Shown here one piece after another: positions 24,978 to 37,045 of a stretch of DNA of 64,000 nt; the stretch's first letter is position 1; every line of letters starts with the position of its first letter. The notes beneath the pieces are model-generated. The model had not been told where the DNA came from. It did no database searches and worked only from the letters and a program-made list of their open reading frames with translations. The stretch comes from the human T2T-CHM13v2.0 reference genome, Homo sapiens. The DNA lies in NCBI RefSeq assembly GCF_009914755.1, contig NC_060933.1. One strand, given 5' to 3'. The position numbers and the translations under genes were made by a program.

Positions 24978-25895
24978 AATCCTTTGGTTTTCATGTTTTT
25001 TTGTTTTTTTTTTTTACTTGGAAGGGTTGTGGGAGGGTGGGAGGGAAGAAAGGGAAGGGGAATTGCTGAGATGACAGTGTCCCACACAGCTTCAAATAAA
25101 ATCCATGGAAAGATGTTGCATTTGTGGAATAAGTGCTTACTTGAAAAGCATGTTCTTCTTTTATTTTCTTACTGTTAAGAATTTTTATTTGTAGGATGTT
25201 TGTTTTAATTTAATTTTTTTAAGGGATGGGGGCCATCATGTGGAAACCAGAAAATGGGGAAAGTGTGAACTATCCAGACAAAGATTCATTTTGTGTCTAT
25301 ATTTGTTTTTAATTGGCCTCATTTCAAATGTATTAAACAGTTCCATACCTGGATTGGGTGTTTGTAATGGTTACCAAAAAACAAACAAAAAAAGAAAGAA
25401 AAAGGAAAAAAAAAAAGAAAATAATTGTGACATGCTTTTATCACTACTTTATTTTTCAAATAACATGTAAATATTGTAATCCATTGGATTTTGTTTTGCT
25501 AACCTGTTAATAAAAATATGGGACCATTATCCTTTTAACAAGGCTAGAATGTCATTTTTTTCTTTTTCAAACATATACCTGATATTTTGTGGCCGCACAT
25601 TTTGGATGCATTATTATAATTCTGTTGACTGTAATGACATAGAATTTACAACATTTTTTGTTGTTGTTTAATTTATACAGAGGACATTTTTTTCAGAGCT
25701 TGAGAGAAGAAAATAAATAGCAAAATGATAACCTATTGACTCCAGTAATCAGTGTTTCCCAATACTTCATAAGAGATAGGGAGACCCTGAGTCCTTGAAG
25801 CCAAGGGTTTAAAAACAAAACAAAAACAAAAAAAACCACAAGTAGGTTATTCAAGTTGTTTGCAACATACATTTTGTAATGAAATGTGAGAAATT

Positions 25896-25901
25896 AATAA
25901 A
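25896..25901 (+). terminator. Distal polyadenylation signal AATAAA
   Basis: Upstream TGTA at ~25875, a CA about 12-14 nt downstream and a GU-rich downstream element (tgtgtctatgtgcatctgttg). Other AATAAA copies lie at 25095, 25509 and 25712. Confidence 0.8.
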
Positions 25902-26859
25902 GAATTTTTTTCACATGTGTCTATGTGCATCTGTTGTAAATCATTTACAGATATGACTACAGATATGAAATCTAGAAATATTATAGCACTACCTTTCAAT
26001 GCTTGTACACGAGATATTTTAAGTCATTGAATCTACACAGGTATGGAAAGCAAAGGTAAAGCTGAGGTGAGGTTGAGGTTGAGCTGGGATTTTCAGATGT
26101 TAATATTTCTGCATCAGGTATTCATCACCAACTGAGGGAGTTTTAGGGAAGGAATATTTTCCATCAAAAATGTGAATCAAAGTGATGTGTGAACTTCAGA
26201 AGGAGGAAGCACCCGTGATTAAACATCATCTGGGACCCTGAATCCACAAGCACAGTCATTTTAAGCTAACTGCCAAGTCACACCCACTGCACAGGATCTA
26301 TTTCAATGTTGCCGTCCTTGCTTATGAAAGCCTGCGCCACAAACTATCTTACTGAACATCCTGCAGCCATAATTATCACCATTAACTTATTCTTTGAGCT
26401 ACCCTGTTATAAATCAATGGAAAAATTAATAGTCCTGAAACCTAGAAGAAAAGTAAATTAAAACCAACAGCATTAATTATTAACTCAAAGCTGAGTTACA
26501 CTATCTGCCTCTACCAGTGTTAGAAGTATGGTTCCTGAATCATTTGTTCAGTGTTCATTCTAAAAACTTGGTTCTAACCCTTCCTCCTCCCCATCCCTAT
26601 CAATCAATAAGATCGCATTCTGAGTACATTTTATATTCGAATACTCAAGAGATACTCAACCTTTTCTAAGGACTGCAGGTTGAGAAGTTTATCCTGTATG
26701 TTTTCAGAAAGGAGAGAAAGTGACTTAATGGACTTCACTGCGATACAGCTGTTCTCTCATGGTCTCCATGAAATATTTTATGAACAGTGCTTTTACTGAG
26801 TTCATGTCTAATCCATATTCTCACTTTGTTTATGTAAAAGAAATGGAATTTATTGCTAT

Positions 26860-27230
26860 ATAAGTCATGGTAGGGGGTGCAACAAGGCAAATCCTGAAAT
26901 CTCTGGCTTAACACCATAGAGATTTGATTCTTACACACATTCCCTGTGAATGTCTGTGAGGTGTCCTAGACCTGTTGACTCGGGAGTCTGGGTTGCTCCA
27001 TCTGGTGATGCTGTCATCTCAACACATGAATCTCAAGGTCAACGCTGAGAGCTTGGAAGTGTTTCACCCACTCAAATGCCTGATCCAGGAAGTAGCACAC
27101 ATCACTTTCAGCCTCTTTTTATGGGCTGGATCTGGTCACATTGTTCCACCTGTCCACAAAGGGACTGGGAAGTGTGTGAGCTTCCAGTGTGCTTAGGAAG
27201 AGCACGTGACCAAGCAGCCTCCACCATAGT
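26860..27230. mobile_element. Old MLT1-type MaLR LTR fragment
   Basis: Motifs aaatctctggcttaacacca and ccaggaagtagcacacatcactttc. Boundaries are approximate. Confidence 0.55.
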
Positions 27231-29197
27231 CAGGAACTGGTAGAGAAAGAAACTCTGTTCTTTAGAAGGTAAAGGATGCTGATCCCACCGCATTGCTCAT
27301 GCACTTAACCAAGATTTCTGAGCAAATATTTGGTGCTAGCTATAGCAAGAAACAGGACAGACGTGAGATGTGTCTTCTGACAGCTCATGAATGGTGAGCA
27401 TAGATATGCAACATTTGGAGACGTGCCTTCCACTGGAGATGCTTGGGGCTTGCTGGACCCATTAGCTTCCTGGTGTGAGGCTTTGACTGTACCTCTGCAT
27501 TGATAGTGGCAACCCTTGGGAAACATGGTCTTGATAGTAAATGTGTTTTTTCTGTCCATCCAAAAGAACATATTTGACTTAGAGAGGCATAAAAGAAATT
27601 GGTTACTCACATACATTCGTTGAGTCTTTTAGTCCTAAGTTTAACAAAAATTACTATATGTTTTTTCCTTGCAACTATCCTTATTGATTCACTATTTGCC
27701 ACCATTATGGCATAGCTCTCAGAGGAATAAGTTTAGCAAAACAAAACTATCTCTCACTTCCTTTCACTTGTACACTTGTGTATACACTCCACTCGTGCCA
27801 ACAGGTGGAGCTTTAAGGATTGGAGAAGTCTTTACCTTCAGAATTTAAAAATTTATGTTTACAATTATTAATGTGATGATATTAGAGGAGACATCAAAAT
27901 AAAGTCACTTTCCTGCCTCCCACATCCATATCCAGGAATGCTTTCTACCAGTTTCATTCCTGAGCACTTTTTACATGTCTCTAATCAATTTTAAAACATG
28001 CTTTTTTCCACTTAATAGTATATTTTCCATGTTGCTGTAGAGTCTTCACAACTAAAAATGTTCAGAACGACATAACATATTGAATGGAAACACATAACTG
28101 TGTAACTCATGAGTTATTGAACATTTAGATTTTTAGATTTTGCAATATTATAAATAATGATGTAGTTGATATCTTGCCCATGGCATCCCCAGCCACACTT
28201 TTGGATAATTCCATTAAAATAAATTTTCAAAGGTACAATTAGCATTCAAAAGGGTATTATTAATTTGCACCAACACCAGCCATGAATGGAAGTAATAACT
28301 TAATCATGCCCTTGGATATACAAAAGAGAGGGAGATACCATGATCATGAATGTAGGTTCTAAAGTCAGCCCACCTGGATTCAAATCCCAGCTGACCCACT
28401 TAATTGTGTGATTTCAGGCAAGCTACTTAAACCACGTTATGTCTTAGTTTCCTTATTTGTAAAATGAAGATAACAATATTCAACCATGCATCTTGCATGC
28501 TTTTATTGCAATTTAAAAATTTCTAGATATTTTAGCATAGCCAAGATATTCACAGTTGAGAGGCTAGACTTTCAGATTTGGGTTATCTGTAAAATAATGT
28601 TAAGACTTAATTAGAAAGAGAAGAATTCTTATTCAGTTTTGTATGGCCCAAGACCCACTGAAAACTATGATGCCAACGCTGATGGCAGGCACCAATGATA
28701 TTGTTTATGTTTCCTTCATTTGGGGCTTACAGGGACAATTCACAAAACAGTATGATAAAGGTCATTTAGAAACAAGGAGGAGGGAGGAACTGGCTGCCTG
28801 AGGGATGGGGAGTGGTTGACACTGGAAAGGCTAGACCATTGAACAGAGTCTTAAGTGACTAGTCTGGGATGTATGCCAGGAAGAAAACGTGATGGAGAGA
28901 GGACATTCCAGGTGCAAAAGGAGGCATTTATGCAATCATAGAGGTGAAAAGTGCTGAGCCTGGTGTTCTGGGGATGGCAGGTGGTACTGGATGCCCTGGT
29001 GAGGAATGCCAAGAGAGGAGAAAGCTAGAAAGGTTGATCAGAGAATTCATGACGGCGTTCAATACCATGCCAAAGAGTTTCAACATAAAGAAGTGGAGAT
29101 GCCTGTAAGAATTGTGAGCTCGATAAAGATTTTTAAGCAAGGGATTGACACAATCAGATTTAAGTTTAACAAAGACTATGTTCAACTAACAAAGGCA

Positions 29198-29745
29198 ATG
29201 GTGGTTGGTTAGTTGCCTGCCCAATAGCTATCACTCCCATTTTTCTTACTTAGTTGAAGCCTAATTTTAATTGGAATGGTAATGTACCCAGCTTTAAAAA
29301 ATATATTTCTCAGCTTCCCTTGCAGCTAGGAACACCATATGTCACATTTCTGGCCAATGAAATGTAAGCTGAAACTTTCTGGGAAACTTTTGTTTTCCAA
29401 TTATAGATATCACCTCTTTCTCCACACTGCATTCTTTTCCCCTTCTACATCCCCTTTTACATCCCCTCATCCTTTTTCTTCTTTCTGGAATATGGAGCAG
29501 CCAAGTTACAACCATGAGACCACAGGAGTGTGAAAGTGTGATGCTTTCTAAAGTATGACCTACTGGTGCCCCAGAAAGTTGAAGGAGGCTGGGTTCCTAA
29601 ATGCATTGTGATTATGCTGTAGAAGCCTAAATGGACTCATCCTGAATTTCTTGTGAGATGGAGTAGGGAGGGGGAAAGACATTTGTTTAAACCACTGTTA
29701 TTTAGGCTTTTTGTTATTTATAACTGGAAGCAGTTTCTACTGCTG
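29198..29745 (+). mobile_element. Old MLT1-type MaLR LTR
   Basis: Contains cagcttcccttgcagctagg...tctggccaatgaaatgtaagctgaa and ends tttaaaccactgttatttaggctttttgtta. Confidence 0.65.
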
Positions 29746-30448
29746 TAAAGTGATAGCCAGTTGAAGTCAAGACAAGTTCACTGCAATTGCATTCTTAAAC
29801 TGAACTTCCTGAGTGAAAAAATTCCAAAAGCAATGGTAAGATAGAAGCCTCCATGTTCTATATTGACTGAGCTTCGGCTGGTGATTTCTTGTAGCCCTTC
29901 GGAAGGGAAAATTTGACTCCAGCAGTCACATTATGTCACAGAGCTATGAGGGGGCTATTTAAGGCCGAATTGTAGGTGGGAAATATGAGGAATCACATCA
30001 GCCTCTCCCATCTCACTGTCTTCTCTATTAGCCTCAGGTAGGGAACAGAAAGGAAATAGGAAAGGAAGTGTTGATAAAATGCTTCCAGTAAGCTTCTCTG
30101 GCAAGGCCTGGGAGTTGATAGGCAATAGCATTCTATCATAGAAATTATAAAGTGTCTTGAAATATCATGCTCATCATTTCCTGAAAATGTCAGTTCCTTT
30201 CTAAACAACTCACACCGCACGTATCTTGAGTGCTAAGCTTTTTTTCTCTTCTGGAATTACCTCCCATTGAAGACTCAGCCTAAATGTCACTTCTGATGTG
30301 AAGCCTTCCCTGCCTCCCTATGAGTCACAAGATATAGACTATCACCCTAGCTGTCACCTACCCCCCATCTTAATAAACATTTATGGAAGGCTCATTATGT
30401 CCCAGGAATGGTTCTAAATACTTTATACACATCATCTCATTTAATCCT

Positions 30449-30902
30449 TGTGTTGGTTTTCCTAAGACTGCTGTAACAAATGACTACAAACTTGGTGGCT
30501 TAAAACAACAGAAATGTATCCTCTTACAGTTCTGGAAGCCGGAAGTGGAAAATTAAGGTGTCATTAGGGTTGGTTCCTCCTGGAGGCTCTGTGAGAGAAC
30601 CTGATTCATGCCTCTTTCCTAGTTTCTGGAGGCTGTGGGCAAGCCTTGGTGTTCCTTGGCTTACAGACGCGTTACTCCAATCTCTGCCATCTCCCCTCAC
30701 ATCACCTTTTCTTCTGTGTCTTTTCCCTTTCCCCTAAAAGGATATCTGTTATTGGACTTAGCACACACCCTAATCCAGAATGATTTCCTCTCAAGATCCT
30801 TAATAACATCTGCAAAGATTCTTTTTCCAAATAAGGTCAAAGTCACAGATTCTAATTAGACATATCTTTGGGGGTGGGGGGAGTTCCATTCAACCCGCTA
30901 CA
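30449..30902 (-). mobile_element. MLT1B/C LTR inserted into a MIR
   Basis: TG...CA termini and the motif gctgtaacaaatgactacaaacttggtggcttaaaacaacagaaatg. The near-perfect TSD is ATCCT/GTCCT, and MIR sequence lies on both sides. Confidence 0.88.
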
Positions 30903-31151
30903 GTCCTCCTAAAACACATATGAAGTGACTACTATTATTAGCCCCATTTTATAAATCAGAACCCTTAGTGAAAGGCTAAATAATTGCCCAAGATTCACAG
31001 CTCAGGAGGGGTGGAGCACTTCAAGCAGCCAACGTGCATTCCCTTAACCACTGCTCTACACCCTTCTCTTTGTCTTATTCATTGTTGCCTCCCTAGTGCC
31101 ATGCACAGAACCTGGCCCTGAATCAGGACTCAATAAATGTCTGTGGAAGAA

Positions 31152-31198
31152 ATGGATGGATGGATGGATGGATGGATGGATGGATGGATGGATGGATG
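31152..31198. repeat. (GATG)n tetranucleotide microsatellite at an L2 3' end
   Basis: atggatggatgg... run seen directly after caataaatgtctgtgg. Confidence 0.93.
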
Positions 31199-34100
31199 AT
31201 GAAATGTTCTTCTCTCCCCCACCCCCACCCCACTCAGCCTCTAAGTAGCTGAGACACATTGCTGTCAGATGCAGCTAGCCTTTTTAAATTCAAATATATT
31301 CCTGTTGATACCAAGTGTTAGTTCTCATCTGATTTGGCATCAATGTTACATTTTCTTTCAGAGCTCGATATTGCTTTTTAAAATATCTAAGTAAAAATAT
31401 GCAGCTTGGTAGATGAAAAATGTCTTTGTCTGCAACTCCAGGCTCTCCCTGAGAAAACACCAGAGAACTCAATACCAACACTCCCCCTTCAGAGGTCACC
31501 TTGAGCCTCCTCCTCCTTCCTTGCTTAGAGGTGGCTAGGAAATGGAAGAAGAGGTCCCCTGGGTCTGAAAATTATAATAGACGGCAGCAGTGACTGCTAG
31601 TAGAGGAGGGGAGAAAAGCCGGAATTGGCTGTGATGGGAGTGGAGATCCTTGGCTGTGACTAACAGGGCAGACTGTGTCAAGATGTTTAGTGGTGAAGCC
31701 AAGTGAGTAAGAGTGGGACGGTGGCTTGAGAGAGAGAGGGTTGAGGGAAGACTGTTTTTTAGAATACACATGACTTGGACATGTTTATCACACTGGAAAG
31801 AAGGAGCCATGGCAGTTGTAGGGGCACTGACAAGCAAACTCTTACTGGGATACAGGGCACAGGAGAACAATTGGCTTTAGAGATGAAGAGGGAAGGAAGT
31901 GCAAAGGGAATGTGCTCTCCTCTCCATGAAGGTGAAAGATTCAGGGAGTGACGGGGTTCATGCTGAGGTGGGATCCAAAGTCAGAGGAGAGGGATGAGTA
32001 GGCAGAGAGGTGAAGGGTTGGAGCTGCTGCTGAGGGCTGTGTAGAAGAGAACTGGTGGAAGTAAAAGGAAGCTGAACAGAGCTGAAACCGATTAGTCAGT
32101 ATTATGCTCTTCATACGACAGAGAAAGCTTACCCAGAGGGTCCAGGGTAATAGATCTTTTGCTGGGACTTCCTTCCCAACATCCCTCCACACACATACAA
32201 ATGCACATAAGCATGCACACACCACCACCACCTAATAAAGAAAAACGAGAGAGAGTCACTCTAGGAATCTGAGGGGACACTACCTTTCCCCACCTACCTA
32301 ATTATGTGGCTTTTTGAATTAGGGCTGGATAGCAAACTTGCCTTGTTTCTACTCACAATTTCTCTCTTGAAATTCCCATTAATGAAACAGCTTAGTTTGG
32401 TTTAGCTAACTGCATGCATGACTGCCAAAAACCACATCACAATGCAGGAGGAATGCAGTCTCTAGCAACGCTACAACAGCTTAACCACATTGTTTAAAGA
32501 GAGGAGCTGGGGCAGCCCCAGTGCTTCTGAAATCCATTTAAGATGTGTGAAAACATGAGACTGAAATTCTGACCTTTCCCTAGAGCTGGAAGAACCTCCT
32601 CCAGGGGGCTGTTTGGAAGACTGCAGATGCAGGCCTGGGCCCATCTACATCTCCCCAAGACTCTGGCTTCTGGTAGCCTGTCAAGCAGGGAAGCCCTGCC
32701 TCTGTGTCCTGTCCCTGACGGGGCATCAGCCTGGTTAAGAGTGCAGTCTCTGAAGCCAAGTTGCCTTAGTTCAAGTCTTGACTGCTCCATTTATAGTGTG
32801 GCCTTGGGCACTTAACCTTCACACACTTCAGCTTCTCCATCTATTTTTGGCATTAAAGTTATTGACATAAAAGTACCTAGTCACATACATGTTATAGGGA
32901 TTAAATACAATAAGTAAGGCCTTTCCCATAGTTTGTGCTCACTTGGTATAATTGATCATCATCATTCTCATTGTTATTGTGCTTAATTCTTTAGTGACTT
33001 GGAACCTTTGTTTCCCCATCTGCAAAGAAAGGACAATAACATCACCTTCCTTAAGGTGGCTTAAAATAAAAACAGATTAAAGAGACTAGGATGTGCTTGG
33101 TATGTGGTAGACACTTGATATGTGGCCATTGATTTTACTACATCTCTACTACATCCACTGATTTTTCTCTTGCTGGCCTTGCAGAAATGTAAATGGCTTG
33201 ATTTCTTCAGTCGTTAAGTATGAAGATGGAAGATGGGTAGAGCTCACACCACAGGCTCTGGGGTCAGATAGAGCCAGGTTTGAGTTCTCTTATGAGCTTT
33301 GAAACCTGGGGTGCTATTTAGCCTCTTTTATGCCTTAGTTTTTTTAATCCGTAGAAAGGGGAATAAAAGTATCCACTGTGAAAATGCCATGTGATAAAGC
33401 AGTATCGGGGCCAGAGGAGGACTGCAGAGTGTGAAATGCGTGCTCCTTGAGGGCAGGGGCTCTCTCAGGCTTCCTGTTATATCCCCACAACTATGAGCAC
33501 ACCTGGCTTGTTGTAGGGCTGCTCCATAAGTATTTGCAGCCTGACTAATGTAGAAGTGAGGCAGAAGCTCAGTGCTGATCTTTGAAATGAGGTGTGGTCC
33601 AAGAGGGCCTCATAATTTCACTCTGTATAATTGGTTGAGCAAGTGCCACCCTCACTTATTAGTCTTTTTTTCTGTACTGCAGCTCTGTTTGAGTCTTCCA
33701 GAAACAGAAGTATTGCTCTGCAAATACTTTTCTGCCACTGCAGAGGGTTCTCATACTTAAAAAGTTCCAGTCAGTCACCATGCATCCCACCACCCCACGC
33801 CCGACACTACCTGTGAAGAGGCTTCCCAAGTGATAGATGGTCATGCTTTGACTAAGCAGCCATGAGAAGATGTCTTGCTTCTATTAATTATCCTAAATTG
33901 GTTATTGATTATGGTTAGATTTAGAAATATAGTCACTGTCCTGGTTTAAATGTAAACACTGCAGGATTCTTGCTTATGAACCTTGTGAAGATACTAGAAG
34001 ATCCTAACTGACCTCCAAATCACACTTTGAGAGTTCTTGGAAACAAAGTTCCTACGTTACTAAAGAATTAAAAACTACAACAACGATGATGATGATGGTG

Positions 34101-34669
34101 GTGGTTACCATCAATTGCACACAGACTATGAAAGAGGCATGGAGCTAAATTCTTTACATGTATTACTTTATTTAATCCTCATAACATGTATATGAGGGTT
34201 AGAAAAGGGGCTTCCCTCTCCCCAAGATTTACTGATGAAGTACACACTCAGCTGCCTGACCCTAAGTGTTCAGGGAGCACTGGGAGCCAATATGCATGAG
34301 CATTTGAGGGTAAAACACTCTACTCCATGGCCTGCTAGAGGGATTCTTCTGAATTTAAATCTGAGCCTGTCTCTCTCAGACTTAAAGCACATCTCTTCAG
34401 TGAATCTTCACTCATCCTTCAGGTCTCAGCTTACATGCCACCTCCTCTAGGAAGGGTTCCCTTGCCCCCAGGATTGAATGAGGCTTCCCTCCCAGGTGCT
34501 CCTGTAGCCTTTAGGGCTTACTGAGATCATTGCACTGAACTGATAAGTCAGAATTGAAGTGTTCTGCTCACTTCTGTACCTCTCTCACTCCACAATGAGC
34601 AAAGACTGTGTCTTATTGACTAGGTTTCCAGGGCCTGGCACTGTGCCTAGAACAAAGAAGTCATTGATA

Positions 34670-35060
34670 TAGTTAGGATGCTTTGTGCTGCAAGTAATAG
34701 CAGATCCCAGCTCAAACTCAAACTGGCTTAAACAATGAGGAAATGTATAACTTCAAAAAATCAGAAGTCAGATACACCATGCAGTAGGATCAGCAGCTCA
34801 ATGATCTCATCAAGGGTTCGGGTTCTGATCTTTTTTTCTGGCCATCATCAATTCAGTTCCACCCTAAAGCTAGTTGCCTTTGTGGTCACAGCATGACCCT
34901 CAACACCATATGATTCACATCTAGAAGAGAAAAGAGGGCAACCTCTTTCCCAAGTGCAGTCTATAAAACCTTCCTTGTAATCTGATTGGGTCAATTTATG
35001 TTGGTCCACCCATACAGTCCTTGGCAGGTAATCACCATCATCTGATTGTCCCAGACAAAT
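34670..35060. mobile_element. Old MLT1-type LTR fragment
   Basis: agttaggatgctttgtgctgcaagtaatagcagatccc...aactggcttaaacaat and cagcagctcaatgatctcatcaagg. Boundaries are approximate. Confidence 0.6.
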
Positions 35061-37001
35061 TATGATTTCTATCTAGAATAGGAATGAGATATAAAAAAAA
35101 AATCTAGGTTTAATTAGAGAGGAGGAAAGTAGAGACAGATGTAGGCTAAGCGACCGGGAGTACACTTTACATAGGTGCTGAATAACTATTTGGTGAATGA
35201 ATAAGTGTGTCTTGGTGCTCCTAGAAACTACTCCAATGGGGAAGTCCATCAACAAAGTGGGAGGGGCTGAGGCTCTCATGGCACCTCTCCTGGCATTGAA
35301 ATGTCCTCCACCTAAGGAACCTTTAACTGATCTAGACACAATAGAACCATGTTCAATCTGATGCTTCTCTCTCAACCATCCTCTTGCTCAGAGAGGATAG
35401 TGGTAAACTTCTCTAGCCAAGTGAAAGCATTTCTAGAGTTTTGCAAGCAACACCACATCGCTTTATTTCAGACTGTTTCCCTGACTCTAAAAAGGAGCTT
35501 AGCAGACCTGCAGCTCTTATCTTACTTACAACCCAAACTGTTCAGTGCTCATTATTTTTAAAGAACCAGAAAACTCTGCTTGGGAACAATGAAGGGAGTG
35601 CAGCCCCTCTTCCAAGCCTGTGTCCTATATCTGCCCAACCTACCTCTCAGGGAGCTGGTGAGGGTGGATGGAAACATGGGCCTTTGGGACCCGAAGGGTC
35701 TGTCCTGAAATACCAGCTCCACTGTTGACTCAGAATGAGACCATGAGAAAATCACTTACTCTCTGTGACTCTTCTTTTCCTTATCTGTGAAATAGGACAC
35801 TCATAAATAAAGACCTGCCTTCCCTACCAGAAAGAATGGGCTTCTGAACTGTCAGAGTAGGAGAATTTGGGTTTAGAGAAATTAAGACCTTATAGAGAAC
35901 AGACGGTGGGAGGAAGAGGAGGAAACATCAACAATAAACCTAGGAAAGGTCTCATGAATATAAGTTTCATATTTTTCCTAAAATAGAGTTTTTAAAAAGG
36001 CACAAAATGTCAGTGACATTTAACACGTATTAAAACACTAATAACAAGTGCTATCCAATTAATTTCTATTTACCACCCCTTGCTTGTAAGAACATCTTTA
36101 AGATCTTCCTCCCCTTAAGTTTTCAGGAAAATGCTGAAATTTCAGGTTGCAGATAAGAGGCAGGTTGAAAGGTGTTTGTTGGTTGGTTGGTTTGTTCCTG
36201 CATTTGGGTTTCCATCTACACATTCATGTATTTCTGCCAGTTCACCTGGGCATTGTTTTCTCCTATTCGCCAGAGACCCACGTTCAAGGCACCTTAATGA
36301 ACAAACCCCATGGACCATCTGTCTACACAAGACCTGCTCCTTCCCTGGGTCTCCTGGTCTCAGGGAAACACCACCATTTACCCAGTTACCCAAGGAAGAA
36401 CCTGGACATGGGCCTGGACTCCTCATATTAGACCCTCACCTCCTATAAGTCCCCAGGTCCAATCATTTACTGCATGAGACTCCTTGAATCCATTAGCCTC
36501 TGTCCACACTCACTCCAGGTGGCTGTAGGTTACTTTTCGTTGTTTATCAAGACCACTGTAACCACTTCCTGTCTGGTTTCCTCCAGTGCATCCAGACCAC
36601 ATAAAGCAGCCTGAATGAAGGCACATCAGACTCTGTCACTTCCTTTCAGAAAACATCTCAAAACCCTCCAGTTCCATCTCTCCCCAAATAAATCAGAAGT
36701 CAGATACACCATGCAGTAGGATCACCAGCTCAATGATGCCATCAAGGGTTTGGTTTCTGATCTTTTTCTCTGGCCGCCTCCCCTGAACTTCCTCCTGACA
36801 TAAATGCCAGTTTAATGAATACCTGCAATCCCTCAGTGACTTCATTCTCATGCCTTTCCACATGCTGCTCCAATTTCTGGGAACACTTCCCTCCACACCC
36901 AGCCTAAGTAATTTCTCTTTGACTTTCAATACTTTTATAAAATTTAACCACTTTGTGGCTCAATTGTTTTCTCCCATACAATGAGAATAAATGCCTGTGA
37001 G

Positions 37002-37002
<1 letters not shown>

Positions 37003-37044
<42 letters not shown>
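37003..37044. repeat. (TTA)n trinucleotide microsatellite within a MIR
   Basis: Pure TTA run flanked by CTGTGAGT direct repeats. Confidence 0.95.

Positions 37045-37045
<1 letters not shown>

Larger units (their letters stand above)
23325..25915 (+). other. ZNF462: ZNF462 3' UTR (about 2.6 kb, AU-rich, no recognisable interspersed repeats)
   Basis: Follows the stop codon and contains U-tracts, A-tracts and UG repeats. It ends at the AATAAA/GU-rich module near 25896-25940. The cleavage position is inferred. Confidence 0.85.
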
